The notes beneath the pieces are model-generated. The model ran no database searches. It was not told the origin of the DNA and worked only from the letters and a program-made list of their open reading frames with translations. Of a stretch of DNA of 60,130 nucleotides, positions 39,761 to 50,392 are shown one piece after another; positions within the stretch are counted from its first letter, which is position 1, and every line of letters begins with the position of its first letter. The translations under genes were made by a program, and so were the position numbers. The stretch is from Alphaproteobacteria bacterium MarineAlpha6_Bin4 (lineage in GTDB: Bacteria > Pseudomonadota > Alphaproteobacteria > GCA-002720895), in the NCBI GenBank assembly GCA_002937775.1, contig PTKO01000002.1, positions 1 through 60,130 of the forward strand, written 5' to 3'.

Positions 39761-41127
39761 AAAGATTTTTTTTTGGCTAGTTTTTCTATTTTAAAGCTAT
39801 TTTGTTTAATTTCTAATATAGAAAGTTTTCTTTCAACTGTTCCATTAGATAGAAATCTAAAATTACCATCAATACCAGTAAAACCGTAAGAATTTTGAAA
39901 ATCATTATAATTTAATTCTTTTATACCATCATTCTTTTTTACAATTGAAAATACAGCTGTTATTGAATCATGAGCTAATGACGACAAACGAATAGGTTCG
40001 TACTTATATAATTTATAGAATTTTTTTTCAAAGTTTTTCCACAAATTTGGATTTGGTGCAACAAACCACGCGCCTACCAAGCCTGGTTCTGATCCTATAT
40101 TATCAATATACCATTCTCCAGTACCAATTAATTTAACTTTTTGAAAATCTACACCATAATATGTTAATAATGCCACTGCTTGACGTAATCTATTTCCAGT
40201 TTCAATTAACAGCAAAACATCAAAGCCAGGATCAAAGTTTTCAAGTGGATTTTCTCCTGTATCTTCATCCTTTTCAATCTGTGGATTTTTTTCAAGACCA
40301 ACTAATTTTTGAATTTCTTTTTCAAAATCTATGCCTTCAGGGTCGTACAATTCAATTCTATTAATTGATAATTTATTTTTGTTTAAAACTTTTCTATAAG
40401 TATTTAAAACTCTTTTCCCGTACTTAGATTTAGGTAGCAAGGCAGCATATCTTTTATAGTTTTTTTTTATAGTATGCTCGGTTACATCTATAATTTGTTG
40501 TTCTGGTTCAAAACCCATTAAATAAATACCATCTTCTTTTTGATTCCTATCGCTTGAAAAAGATATTAAAGGAACATTTTTATATTTTGCTATTTTTAAG
40601 GATTGATTTAAGGAGGATGAAAAAAATGGGCCTAAGATTACGTCTACATTTTGTTCAATTAACTCTTTTGTTAATTTTTTTGCAAGAGATGGATTTGCTT
40701 TTGTATCTTTAATAATAAGTTCGCTATTTATATTTTTATTATCAAAAATTACCATTTGCATAGTATCTAAAAGAGATTGCCCAATATATGAATGTTTGCC
40801 GGTTAGTGGTAAAAGAACACCTATTTTAAGTTTATCAGAAATAACTTTTTCTTTTACTTTTGCTTCTTTCTTTATTTTATTTTTTTTTACTTTTTTTTTT
40901 ATACCAAAAAAACTAAAAGGGCTTTTTTCTTCTTCTTTTTCATCTAGATCTTCATATTCTATGTAATCTTTTTCAGCAGAATCTTTTCCATTTTGTGATT
41001 CTATATATTTTAATTCTTCCTCTGTTAATACTCCAGCTGAAACGGAACTATTGATAAACAAAAAAAATATAAAAGAAAAAAAAATTAATTTAAAATATAA
41101 TTTAATTGGCACATTTTTTACTAACAT
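39757..41127 (-). CDS. Periplasmic LppC/LpoA-like protein (penicillin-binding protein activator-like, type-I PBP fold)
   Basis: Signal peptide, an acidic linker, then KIGVLLPLTGKHSYIGQSL...VDVILGPFFSS, typical of Leu/Ile/Val-binding-fold LppC proteins. Divergent from rsmI, as lpoA is in E. coli. Confidence 0.5.
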   Translation of the reverse strand: MLVKNVPIKLYFKLIFFSFIFFLFINSSVSAGVLTEEELKYIESQNGKDSAEKDYIEYEDLDEKEEEKSPFSFFGIKKKVKKNKIKKEAKVKEKVISDKLKIGVLLPLTGKHSYIGQSLLDTMQMVIFDNKNINSELIIKDTKANPSLAKKLTKELIEQNVDVILGPFFSSSLNQSLKIAKYKNVPLISFSSDRNQKEDGIYLMGFEPEQQIIDVTEHTIKKNYKRYAALLPKSKYGKRVLNTYRKVLNKNKLSINRIELYDPEGIDFEKEIQKLVGLEKNPQIEKDEDTGENPLENFDPGFDVLLLIETGNRLRQAVALLTYYGVDFQKVKLIGTGEWYIDNIGSEPGLVGAWFVAPNPNLWKNFEKKFYKLYKYEPIRLSSLAHDSITAVFSIVKKNDGIKELNYNDFQNSYGFTGIDGNFRFLSNGTVERKLSILEIKQNSFKIEKLAKKKSF

Positions 41128-41145
41128 AGTCTATTATTTAATTTA

Positions 41146-42006
41146 ATGTTAAAAATTGATAATATTTTATTACCAAATGGATTATATATTGTTTCAACCC
41201 CGATTGGTAACTTAAAAGATATAACTATAAGAGCTTTATCAGTTTTAAAAAATTGTGATTTTATTAGTTGTGAAGATACACGTGTAACAAAAAAACTATT
41301 ATCAAAATATCAAATAAAATCTAAAAAACTAATTTCGTTACATAAATATTCAAATCAAAATAAATTAATTTTTTTAGTTAATAAAATTAAAGAAGGAAAA
41401 TCTATTGCCCTGGTAAGTGATGCTGGAACTCCAATAATTTCAGATCCAGGTCTTTCTTTAGTAATTTTAGCTATAAAAGAAGAAATAAATGTTTTCCCAA
41501 TACCAGGACCCACAGCAATCGCAGCTTCCTTGGTTGGTTCTGGTCTTAAATCAGATAATTTTTTTTTTGTTGGTTTTTTACCAAACAAAAAAAATCAAAG
41601 ATTAAATATATTGAAAAAAATTAAAAAAATTAATTCATTATTAATTTTTTATGAAAGTCCAAAAAGAATCCGAAAAACTTTAAATGATATGTTTTTAATA
41701 TTTGGAGATAGGAAATGTGTAATTGCAAGAGAATTAACAAAATATTACGAAACTTTTTATAGAGGAAAATTAAGTAAATTAAAAGAAATAAATAAAGATT
41801 TAAAAGGAGAAATAACTATTATCATGTCTCCTCCAGAAAAAGAGCATGTTGTTGAAGAAAATAAAATTGATGATGAGGATATGGAAAAAATATCAAAGTT
41901 TGTAGAAAATAAACTTAGTAAAAAAGATTTATCAGAAATATTGTCAATAATATATAAAAAACCAAAAAAATTTTTTTATACAAAATTAATTAAAAGTATC
42001 AGATAA
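41146..42006 (+). CDS. rsmI: 16S rRNA (cytidine1402-2'-O)-methyltransferase
   Basis: LYIVSTPIGNLKDITIRAL and SDAGTPIISDPG motifs (tetrapyrrole-methylase fold). Confidence 0.9.
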   Translation: MLKIDNILLPNGLYIVSTPIGNLKDITIRALSVLKNCDFISCEDTRVTKKLLSKYQIKSKKLISLHKYSNQNKLIFLVNKIKEGKSIALVSDAGTPIISDPGLSLVILAIKEEINVFPIPGPTAIAASLVGSGLKSDNFFFVGFLPNKKNQRLNILKKIKKINSLLIFYESPKRIRKTLNDMFLIFGDRKCVIARELTKYYETFYRGKLSKLKEINKDLKGEITIIMSPPEKEHVVEENKIDDEDMEKISKFVENKLSKKDLSEILSIIYKKPKKFFYTKLIKSIR

Positions 42007-42020
42007 TAAAATTATTAATT

Positions 42021-42629
42021 ATGAAAGCATCATTAAAAAATTATCTTTTATTAATCTTTGTAAGTATCTTTTTAAACTCTTGTGCAGCAGTTAACGTAAC
42101 AACTTCTAGTGTTAAAGAAAAAGGTATAAAAGAAGCAATTAGTGATGGAATCATTGATGCTGCAATTAATAAGGAGTTTATTAACCACAACGTAAATATG
42201 TTTATTAATGTTGAAATAGAAGTTGTAGAAGGAAGAGTGTTATTAACAGGGAGCGTAAAAATACCTAAACATAGATTAGACGCTGTCAAATTATCATGGA
42301 AAGTTTTGGGTGTTAGAGAAGTTATTAATGAAATTGATGTAACAGAAAAAGGTGGAATTAAACAATACTTAATTGATGTAAAAATTAAAACTCAAATTAG
42401 ATATAAAATTATCGCAGATAAAAAAATTGCCTCTATAAATTATAACTTTGAAGCAGTTAATGGTAACTTATATATTATTGGAATTGCAAATAATAAAAAA
42501 GAACTAAAAAGAGTAGTTGATCATGCAAATACCATAAATGGTATTATAAAAGTTGTAAGTCATGTTATTATGAAAGATGACCCACGACGTAAAAAATATC
42601 AAAGAAAGCTTCAAAAAAAAAATGAATAA
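42021..42629 (+). CDS. Dual-BON-domain lipoprotein (OsmY/DolP-like)
   Basis: Lipobox LNSC. Two BON-like repeats (VEVVEGRVLLTGSV; AVNGNLYIIGIA). Confidence 0.65.
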   Translation: MKASLKNYLLLIFVSIFLNSCAAVNVTTSSVKEKGIKEAISDGIIDAAINKEFINHNVNMFINVEIEVVEGRVLLTGSVKIPKHRLDAVKLSWKVLGVREVINEIDVTEKGGIKQYLIDVKIKTQIRYKIIADKKIASINYNFEAVNGNLYIIGIANNKKELKRVVDHANTINGIIKVVSHVIMKDDPRRKKYQRKLQKKNE

Positions 42630-43575
42630 ATTGCTAGTAGCAATTCAGATGGATCCTTTGAATGAACTACATCATGATTCTGATAGCTCTTTGTTAATGG
42701 CTAAAGAAGCGCAAGCTAGAGGGCACAAAATTTTAATCTATGAACCAAAGGATTTATCTCTAAAAAATAACGAATTATTCGCAAATGTATCGTCATTAAA
42801 AATTTATAAAAAAAAAAAATATAATTTTAAAAAAGGAAAAAAAAAAATAATTAATTTAAATTCTATAGATATTTTACTAATTAGACAGGACCCGCCATTT
42901 AATATCAATTATATAACTGCTACATATTTGCTTGAACATTTAAGTTCAAAAATACTTATAATAAATAATCCAAAAAGTATAAGGGATGCTCCTGAAAAAT
43001 TGCATGTTACTTTTTTTAAAAAATTAACGCCACCTACATTAGTTTCTCAAGATGAAGTTGAAATTAAAAAATTTATTAAAAAAAATAAAAAATTAATTGT
43101 AAAACCACTTTACGAAAAAGGAGGTAAGGGAATTTTTAAAATTTCATCAAATGACAAAGAATTAACAAAAAAAATAAAAATTTTTTTAAAAAAAGAAAAT
43201 CTACCTATAGTAGTACAAAAATTTATCCCTGAAGTAAGAGATGGAGATAAAAGAGTAATTATTATTGATGGAAATCCGGTCGGTGCAATGAAAAGAGTTC
43301 CTGCAAAAAATGAGGTAAGAGCTAATCTAAGTAGGGGAGGAACAGCACAAAAAACTGTTATGACATTTAGAGATAAGTTAATTTGTAAAAAATTAAAACC
43401 ATGGTTAAAAAAAGAAAAAATTTTTTTTGCTGGCATTGATATTATCGGAAAATACTTGACTGAAATTAATTTAACCTCTCCAACTGGAATGGTTGAAATT
43501 AACAAACTTGAAAATGTAAGATTAGAAAAAATTTTTTGGGATAGAGTTGAAAAAAAATATAAACTATTTACCTAA
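42622..43575 (+). CDS. gshB: Glutathione synthetase
   Basis: Prokaryotic GSH-synthase N-domain (LLIRQDPPF) and ATP-grasp (RANLSRGG, AGIDIIG). The internal ATG at 42622 removes most of the overlap with the BON gene (8-nt ATGAATAA junction). Confidence 0.88.
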   Translation: MNKLLVAIQMDPLNELHHDSDSSLLMAKEAQARGHKILIYEPKDLSLKNNELFANVSSLKIYKKKKYNFKKGKKKIINLNSIDILLIRQDPPFNINYITATYLLEHLSSKILIINNPKSIRDAPEKLHVTFFKKLTPPTLVSQDEVEIKKFIKKNKKLIVKPLYEKGGKGIFKISSNDKELTKKIKIFLKKENLPIVVQKFIPEVRDGDKRVIIIDGNPVGAMKRVPAKNEVRANLSRGGTAQKTVMTFRDKLICKKLKPWLKKEKIFFAGIDIIGKYLTEINLTSPTGMVEINKLENVRLEKIFWDRVEKKYKLFT

Positions 43576-44958
43576 AGCATTTATTATACTTTCACACATT
43601 TCTTTAGCATCTCCAAATAACATCATTGTATTGTCTCTAAAGAAAAGTTCATTTTCTACTCCAGCATAGCCAGCTCCAAGTGACCTTTTGCTAAATAAAA
43701 CAGATTTTGCATTTTCTACTTCTAATATTGGCATTCCATATATTGGACTTTGTGGGTCTGTCTTAGCAGCTGGGTTTGTAATATCATTTGCACCTATTAC
43801 AAAAACTACATCGGTAGATGCAAAATCCCTATTAATTTCATCTAGTTCTAAAACTTCATCATATGGAACATTTGCTTCTGCAAGAAGTACATTCATATGT
43901 CCTGGCATTCTTCCTGCTACAGGGTGAATTGCATATCTAACATTTACTCCTTTTTTTTTTAGAATATCACACATTTCCTTTAGTGCATGCTGAGCTTGAG
44001 CAACTGCCATACCATATCCAGGAACAATTATTACTGACTCTGAATTTTGCATCATAAAAGCTGCATCATTTGAATCTCCACTTTTAACTGGCCGTTGTTC
44101 TTCTTCTTTACCACCTTTAACTAAAACATCTTCTCCTCCAAAACCTCCGAGAATTACGCTTATAAAAGATCTATTCATTCCTTTACACATAACATAGCTA
44201 AGTATTGCGCCAGAAGATCCAACAAGTGCGCCAGTTATAATTAATAAATTATTTGATAAAGTAAAACCAATTCCACATGCAGCCCATCCAGAATAAGAAT
44301 TTAACATGGAAACAACTACGGGCATGTCTGCTGCTCCAATTGGAATAATAATTAAAAACCCTATAATAAATGCAAGAATAGTAAGTCCCCAAAAAAAATT
44401 TTGGTTTTGTTCTAAACAAAATAAAACAATTATAAAAATTAAAGTTATACCTAAAATAGCGTTTAAAAAATGTTGGAATTTAAAAGTAATTGGATTGCCA
44501 GACATAATTCCTTGTAATTTTCCAAATGCAATTATTGAACCTGAAAAAGTAATTGCTCCTATTGCTGAACCAAGACTCATCTCAATCAAACTTGCAATTG
44601 GTATATTGCCTGTATCGCCAATATCATATGCGCTTGGATTATGAAAGGCAGCTCCTGCCACCATGACTGCTGCTAAACCAACTAAACTATGAAATGCAGC
44701 AATTAATTGTGGTAAAGCTGTCATTTCAATTTTTAAAGCAATTGAGGAACCAATTATCCCTCCTATAATAATGCCAATAGCAATAAGTCCGTAGCTTTCT
44801 ATTCCAGGTAAAAGTAATGTTGTAATAATTGCAATTATCATTCCTGTAATACCATAAATATTTCCTCTTCTTGCTGTTTCTGGTGATGATAATCCTCTAA
44901 GAGCTAATATAAAAAAAACTCCAGAAATTAGATATGCGAGTATTGAATAATTTTCCAT
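43564..44958 (-). CDS. pntB: NAD(P) transhydrogenase subunit beta
   Basis: Polytopic N-terminal half plus the NADP(H) domain (PGYGMAVAQAQH, AIHPVAGRMPGHMNVLLAEA). Confidence 0.93.
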   Translation of the reverse strand: MENYSILAYLISGVFFILALRGLSSPETARRGNIYGITGMIIAIITTLLLPGIESYGLIAIGIIIGGIIGSSIALKIEMTALPQLIAAFHSLVGLAAVMVAGAAFHNPSAYDIGDTGNIPIASLIEMSLGSAIGAITFSGSIIAFGKLQGIMSGNPITFKFQHFLNAILGITLIFIIVLFCLEQNQNFFWGLTILAFIIGFLIIIPIGAADMPVVVSMLNSYSGWAACGIGFTLSNNLLIITGALVGSSGAILSYVMCKGMNRSFISVILGGFGGEDVLVKGGKEEEQRPVKSGDSNDAAFMMQNSESVIIVPGYGMAVAQAQHALKEMCDILKKKGVNVRYAIHPVAGRMPGHMNVLLAEANVPYDEVLELDEINRDFASTDVVFVIGANDITNPAAKTDPQSPIYGMPILEVENAKSVLFSKRSLGAGYAGVENELFFRDNTMMLFGDAKEMCESIINALGK

Positions 44959-45243
44959 TTATTTTTTTTTCTTTTTAAACATTTTCAACATTCTCTGAGT
45001 AACAATAAAACCACCAAAAATATTTACTGAGGCTAGCACAACTGCAATAAATCCCATTATTTTTGAAATACCAAAAAGTGCTGGGCCAACTGCAATAAGA
45101 GCTCCTACAATTATTACGCTAGATATTGCATTAGTTACAGACATTAAAGGTGAGTGTAAAGCAGGGGTAACGCTCCATATTACATAGTAGCCAACAAAAA
45201 TAGCTAAAATAAATACTGTTAATTCTTGTAATAAATGTTCCAT
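44959..45243 (-). CDS. pntA: NAD(P) transhydrogenase alpha subunit, membrane part (PntAB)
   Basis: 94 aa with 3 TM segments, between the alpha-1 and beta genes, as in the split alphaproteobacterial enzyme. Confidence 0.85.
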   Translation of the reverse strand: MEHLLQELTVFILAIFVGYYVIWSVTPALHSPLMSVTNAISSVIIVGALIAVGPALFGISKIMGFIAVVLASVNIFGGFIVTQRMLKMFKKKKK

Positions 45244-45245
45244 AA

Positions 45246-46367
45246 TTATAAGTTCATTAATTTTCCTTGATGAGATAATAGTGTTTTAGAAATAATTTCA
45301 TCATCTAAATTTACTTTTATTTTTTTATTTTCATTATCTATTAGAATTTTTATAAAATTAAAAACATTTTTTGAAAATAATGTACTTGAATCTCCAGGAA
45401 TTCTACTTGGATAATTTGTATAACCAATTATTTTTATACCTTTGTGAACAATAATTTTATTTTCTTCAGATAATTCGGCATTTCCACCTGTTTCGACTGC
45501 AAGATCAACAATGACAGATTCAGATTTCATTTTTTCTATAATTTTTTTTGAAATTAATCTTGGTGCTCGCTTATTTGGTATTAAAGCTGTACAAATAATT
45601 ATATCATTTTCAGGAATAGCTTTTTCCAAAGCTTGTTCTTGCTTTTTCTTATAATCTTCAGTCATTTCTTTCGCATACCCTCCTTCTGTTTGACTTTTTT
45701 TCAAAACTTCTTCATCAAAAACAACAAACTTTGCTCCTAAGCTTTCTACTTCTTCTTTTGCCGCTAATCTAACATCATAAGCAGATACAACTGCTCCTAA
45801 GCGTTTGGCTGTTGCAATCGCTTGGAGACCTGCAACACCTGCACCTAAAACTAATACTTTAGCTGGTGTAACAGTTCCAGCAGCCGTCATCATCATTGGA
45901 AAACTTTTTGAATATTCATGAGCTGCGTCAAGTACTGCTTTGTATCCTGCAAGATTGCTCTGAGAAGATAAAACATCTTTATCTTGTGCACGAGTTATTC
46001 TAGGAATATTTTCTAAAGCAAATGCCGAAATTTTTTTTTTATTATATATAGCATTTTCAGAAGAATTTTTTTGTGGGGATAATAATCCTATTAAAATAGC
46101 CCCAGTTTTCATTTCTTTAATTAAGCCAGGGTCAAGTTTTTGTACTTTTATAATAACATCACTCTCTTTAATCGATTTTTTTATATTATTACTGATATTC
46201 GCGTTTGCTTTTTTATAATCTTCATCTAAAAAACCTGATTTAGTTCCAGCATCCTTTTCAACTACAACTTTAAATCCAAGATCTAAATATTTTTTAATTT
46301 CATCTGGAACTAATGCTACTCTATTTTCGTTATCACTATTTTCTTTTAAAACTAAAAGGTTTATCAT
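45246..46367 (-). CDS. pntA: NAD(P) transhydrogenase alpha subunit, soluble dI part (PntAA)
   Basis: Alanine-dehydrogenase/PNT fold with [22 protein letters not shown] Rossmann motif. Confidence 0.93.
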   Translation of the reverse strand: MINLLVLKENSDNENRVALVPDEIKKYLDLGFKVVVEKDAGTKSGFLDEDYKKANANISNNIKKSIKESDVIIKVQKLDPGLIKEMKTGAILIGLLSPQKNSSENAIYNKKKISAFALENIPRITRAQDKDVLSSQSNLAGYKAVLDAAHEYSKSFPMMMTAAGTVTPAKVLVLGAGVAGLQAIATAKRLGAVVSAYDVRLAAKEEVESLGAKFVVFDEEVLKKSQTEGGYAKEMTEDYKKKQEQALEKAIPENDIIICTALIPNKRAPRLISKKIIEKMKSESVIVDLAVETGGNAELSEENKIIVHKGIKIIGYTNYPSRIPGDSSTLFSKNVFNFIKILIDNENKKIKVNLDDEIISKTLLSHQGKLMNL

Positions 46368-46405
46368 AATAAATATAAGATTAATTTTTTAATCGTAGTG
46401 TTAAT

Positions 46406-46924
46406 ATGAAAATAAAGAAAAAATTTAATTATGCAACACTTTGCATTGTCCTTTTAATTGGGATAATAATTGGATATAGCCCAAATTTAATAACTACAAA
46501 AAACTTTAGTAGAATTCATGCTCCTATGGGTATAGAAATTAATATGCGTTTGTCTTATTTAGACGATGCAATTCATTATGAATTATCTGTAAATGACTTC
46601 GACCAGAAAAAAATAAAAAAATATAAATTTCCTTATACAAATAGAATACCAATTGGAATTATAAAAGATAATTTATCAAACAATCATACAATAACTTTTA
46701 TTCTTCAAGACAAGCCTGGTATTGCAGTTTTATATAAAAAAAGTATATCTGCGCAATCTTTTTTATCACATTATTGTGGTTGTACTATTTTTTTTAAAGG
46801 AAGAATTGAGGAAAGAGAAGTAACAGATTTAAAAAAATTATGGAAACACTCTAATCAATTTATAGTTCCAAGTAGTTTCTTATATGATAGATCTATAATG
46901 TTTTCTGAAAAATTATCTTTTTAG
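46406..46924 (+). CDS. Membrane-anchored hypothetical protein (172 aa)
   Basis: One N-terminal TM segment and no recognisable motifs. Fills the whole gap between pntAA and the HIT gene. Confidence 0.5.
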   Translation: MKIKKKFNYATLCIVLLIGIIIGYSPNLITTKNFSRIHAPMGIEINMRLSYLDDAIHYELSVNDFDQKKIKKYKFPYTNRIPIGIIKDNLSNNHTITFILQDKPGIAVLYKKSISAQSFLSHYCGCTIFFKGRIEEREVTDLKKLWKHSNQFIVPSSFLYDRSIMFSEKLSF

Positions 46925-47283
46925 TTCTTTGATATCATTGGTCCCAATTGCTGACCACCAAATATATGGATATGAAAATGTGGTACTTCTTGGCCTGCAT
47001 TAACTCCATGATTAGCCAATAATCTATAACCACCTTCAACTAAATTTTGATCTTCAGCAACTTTACCTACAACTTTAAAAAAACCTTCAATTTCATCTTT
47101 TGATCCATTTTTAGAAAAATCTGCGAACGAAATATACTTGCCTTTAGGAATTACTAAAATATGTAATTTTGCTTGTGGGTTTATATCATGAAATGCTAAA
47201 GCATATTCATTTTCAAAAACTTTTTTACATGGAATTTCTTCTCGTAAAATTTTTGCAAAAATGTTGTTATCGTCATATTTCAT
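46921..47283 (-). CDS. HIT-family nucleotide hydrolase (HinT-like)
   Basis: Histidine triad HFHIHIFGG. Confidence 0.9.
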   Translation of the reverse strand: MKYDDNNIFAKILREEIPCKKVFENEYALAFHDINPQAKLHILVIPKGKYISFADFSKNGSKDEIEGFFKVVGKVAEDQNLVEGGYRLLANHGVNAGQEVPHFHIHIFGGQQLGPMISKN

Positions 47284-47603
47284 ATTTTTTTTCTTTTTAT
47301 TTTTGGTTTTTTCATTCTTTTATCTAATTCATTCCAAATTTCATCTGGTTTTACTCCTAGCTTTGCCCACATAACTATTAAATGATAGAGCAGATCACAA
47401 CTTTCTTGAACTGCTAATTTTTTTTTTCCTTGAACTGCTTCAATTATTGTTTCTGCAGTTTCTTCTGAAACTTTTTGTGCTATTTTGTTCATTCCTTTAT
47501 TAAATAAGAAGGAGGTATAAGAACCTTTTGATTTTGATTTTTTTCTTTCTTCTATAAGTTTAAATAAAGTATCGATAATTTCGCCTGTTCTTTTATTATT
47601 CAT
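47280..47603 (-). CDS. hisE: Phosphoribosyl-ATP pyrophosphatase
   Basis: 107 aa MazG-like helix bundle (EETAETIIEA...ESCDLLYHLIV). Follows hisF. Confidence 0.85.
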   Translation of the reverse strand: MNNKRTGEIIDTLFKLIEERKKSKSKGSYTSFLFNKGMNKIAQKVSEETAETIIEAVQGKKKLAVQESCDLLYHLIVMWAKLGVKPDEIWNELDKRMKKPKIKRKKI

Positions 47604-47604
47604 T

Positions 47605-48363
47605 TTAAATCCTTACTGCTATTCCTTTTTCTTTCATTTTTTTTTTTACCTGTTTAATAGTATATTTACCATAATGAAAAATTGAAGCAGCTAGAACAGC
47701 TGAAGCTTTTCCAATTTTTATTCCATCTACAAGGTGTTGTATATCTCCTACTCCACCTGAAGCAATTACAGGAATATTAACAATATTAGATATTTTTTTT
47801 GTTAATTCTAGATCGAATCCTGATTTTGTTCCATCTTTATCCATTGAGGTTAAAAGTATTTCGCCTGCACCTAAATTTTCCATTTTTTTTGCCCATTTAA
47901 TTGCATTAATACCAGTTTTCTTTCTACCTCCGTGAGTAAATATCTCCCATTTATTTTTTTCAATTTTTTTTGCATCAATTGCAACAACAATACATTGGTT
48001 TCCAAATTTACTAGATGATCTTTTTATCAAATTAGGATTTTTTATTGCAGCTGTATTAATTGAAACTTTATCTGCTCCACATAAAAGTAATTTACGTATG
48101 TCAGATACAGATCTAACTCCTCCACCTACTGTTAGTGGCATAAAACATTTTTGCGCAGTTTTTTTTACAACATTATAAATAATATTTCTTTTATCACTAC
48201 TTGCAGTTATGTCTAAAAAACATAATTCATCTGCTCCTTCTCTATCATAAATTTGTGCTTGTTTTACTGGATCTCCTGCATATTTCAAATTTACAAATTT
48301 AGTTCCTTTAACCACTTTTCCATCTTTAACATCTAAACAAGGAATAATTCTTATTTTTAACAT
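47605..48363 (-). CDS. hisF: Imidazole glycerol phosphate synthase cyclase subunit
   Basis: [16 protein letters not shown] start and the (beta/alpha)8 phosphate-binding GGGVR / ASGGVG motifs. Confidence 0.95.
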   Translation of the reverse strand: MLKIRIIPCLDVKDGKVVKGTKFVNLKYAGDPVKQAQIYDREGADELCFLDITASSDKRNIIYNVVKKTAQKCFMPLTVGGGVRSVSDIRKLLLCGADKVSINTAAIKNPNLIKRSSSKFGNQCIVVAIDAKKIEKNKWEIFTHGGRKKTGINAIKWAKKMENLGAGEILLTSMDKDGTKSGFDLELTKKISNIVNIPVIASGGVGDIQHLVDGIKIGKASAVLAASIFHYGKYTIKQVKKKMKEKGIAVRI

Positions 48364-48364
48364 A

Positions 48365-49093
48365 TTAATTTTTTTTCAATATTTTAATTGCTTCAATTAT
48401 ATCAATTTTACCTTCATATATCGCTCTTCCACAAATTACTCCTTCAATTCCTTTTTTTTCATTATTTTTTAAAACTTTCAAATCATTTAAGCTTGTAACT
48501 CCTCCAGAAACAATAAAGGGTTTAGAAAAAATATTTACATTTTTTATAATAAAATCTAAATCAATGCCCTCCATAGCTCCATCTTTTTTTATATTTGTGC
48601 AAACAACAGAAGCAAAATTTAAACTATTAAATTGTTGAGATATTTCAGATGCATTTTTGTCAGTTTTTTTTGTCCAACCTTCAATTGCTAATTTATCTTC
48701 TATCAAATCAATTCCTAAAACAATTTTTTTTGGATATTTTTTTATAACTTCTCTTACTAAATCTGGATTATTTATAATTAATGAACCTAATACTAATCTT
48801 TCTACTCCAATTTCAAACCATTTATCTATTGTTTCTATATTTCTAATTCCACCACCAAGCTGAATTTTTATATCAATTGAAGATATTATTTTTTTTATTA
48901 CATCGCTGTTTATAGATTCACCTTGAATAGCTCCATCAAGATCAACTATGTGAATCCATTCGCATCCTTTATCTTTGAAAAATTTTGCTTGATTTACTGG
49001 ATCCTTATTAAAAATTGTAACATCTTCCATTCGGCCCTGTACTAAACGAACACAAAAACCATTTTTTATATCAATTGCCGGAAACAAAATCAT
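48365..49093 (-). CDS. hisA: ProFAR isomerase
   Basis: [11 protein letters not shown] start and HIVDLDGA motif. Confidence 0.93.
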   Translation of the reverse strand: MILFPAIDIKNGFCVRLVQGRMEDVTIFNKDPVNQAKFFKDKGCEWIHIVDLDGAIQGESINSDVIKKIISSIDIKIQLGGGIRNIETIDKWFEIGVERLVLGSLIINNPDLVREVIKKYPKKIVLGIDLIEDKLAIEGWTKKTDKNASEISQQFNSLNFASVVCTNIKKDGAMEGIDLDFIIKNVNIFSKPFIVSGGVTSLNDLKVLKNNEKKGIEGVICGRAIYEGKIDIIEAIKILKKN

Positions 49094-49094
49094 A

Positions 49095-49721
49095 TTAATA
49101 AACCCAATTAATAAAGTTTTTTAAAATTTCTATTCCATTTTTTTGACTTTTCTCTGGATGAAACTGAGTACCTATTATATTTTCTTTTCCAACTATAGCA
49201 GTAATATTTTGTTCATAATCGCAAGTTGCAATAATATTTTTTTTATCTTTACAAACAAAATTATAACTATGGACAAAATATGATTCGAATTTTTTATTTT
49301 TTATAATTGGATGTTGATTTAACATTTTTACTGTATTCCATCCCATGTGAGGAATTTTAGTTTTTTTATTTTTTTTTAGTTTAACTACTTTACCTTTAAT
49401 CCAACCCAAACCTTTGTGATTTCCTTTTTCTTTTCCTTCTGTAGCTAAAAGTTGCATACCAACACAAATTCCTAAAAAGGGTTTTTTTTTTCCAATAACT
49501 ACTTCATTTAAAATGTCAATCATGCCTGATATCGATTTAAGGCCTTTCATACAATCAGAAAAAGTACCTACTCCGGGTAAAACTATTTTATCTACATTTA
49601 ATAAATCTTTAGATTTAGAAGTAACAAAAATTTTACTTTTTTTATTTTTTGCTGCTAGTTCCAAAGCTTTATAAGCAGATTGTAAATTTCCTGACCCATA
49701 ATCTATTAAAGCAGTTTTCAC
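49095..49721 (-). CDS. hisH: Imidazole glycerol phosphate synthase glutaminase subunit
   Basis: IDYGSGNL, GICVGMQLL (catalytic Cys) and QFHPEKS. GTG start at 49719-49721. Confidence 0.93.
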   Translation of the reverse strand: MKTALIDYGSGNLQSAYKALELAAKNKKSKIFVTSKSKDLLNVDKIVLPGVGTFSDCMKGLKSISGMIDILNEVVIGKKKPFLGICVGMQLLATEGKEKGNHKGLGWIKGKVVKLKKNKKTKIPHMGWNTVKMLNQHPIIKNKKFESYFVHSYNFVCKDKKNIIATCDYEQNITAIVGKENIIGTQFHPEKSQKNGIEILKNFINWVY

Positions 49722-49727
49722 TTTTTT

Positions 49728-50315
49728 TTATAATTTACCTTTTGTTGAAGGAATTTTTCCTTTTTCTCTAGGATCAATTGAGACTGCTTCTCTCAAAGCT
49801 CTTGCTAATCCTTTATAACATGTTTCTATAATATGGTGATTATTATCTCCGTATAAATTTTCAATATGTAGTGTGAGACCTGCAGCTTGTGAAAATGCTT
49901 GGAACCATTCTTTAAAAAGTTCACTATCCATTTTCCCAACTTCTTTATTAGTAAATTTTACATTCCATATTAGATATGGTCTGTTAGATAAGTCTATACT
50001 TACCCTAGTTAATGTTTCATCCATAGGAATAAAAGCATTTCCAAAACGTTTAATAGATTTTTTGTTTCCTAAAGCTTTTGAAACGGCTTCACCTAGTGCA
50101 ATTCCTGTATCTTCTGTTGTGTGATGATCATCAACTTTTAAGTCTCCTTTTGCTTTCAAATTAATATCTATAAGACTATGTTTTGAAAGTTGTTCTAACA
50201 TATGATCTAAAAAACCAATACCAGTAGAAATATTAAATTTGCCTTTACCGTCAATTTTAATATTAACTGAAATATTAGTTTCACTAGTTTTTCTATTAAT
50301 TTTTGATTTTCTCAT
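49728..50315 (-). CDS. hisB: Imidazoleglycerol-phosphate dehydratase
   Basis: [22 protein letters not shown] and NNHHIIE motifs. Confidence 0.93.
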   Translation of the reverse strand: MRKSKINRKTSETNISVNIKIDGKGKFNISTGIGFLDHMLEQLSKHSLIDINLKAKGDLKVDDHHTTEDTGIALGEAVSKALGNKKSIKRFGNAFIPMDETLTRVSIDLSNRPYLIWNVKFTNKEVGKMDSELFKEWFQAFSQAAGLTLHIENLYGDNNHHIIETCYKGLARALREAVSIDPREKGKIPSTKGKL

Positions 50316-50333
50316 TTTTTTTTATATATAACT

Positions 50334-50361
50334 CTTACATTTTTAGAAAAATACATTATTT
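50334..50361 (+). promoter_or_regulatory. Candidate RpoH-type promoter for hslVU
   Basis: CTTA (50334-50337), a 17-nt spacer, then ATTATTT (50355-50361). The -10 core ATTAT is the same as in the dnaK candidate. The site is 32 nt before the ORF-track ATG. Confidence 0.3.
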
Positions 50362-50392
50362 ATCCAATAGTAACAAATATTAATAAATTGTA

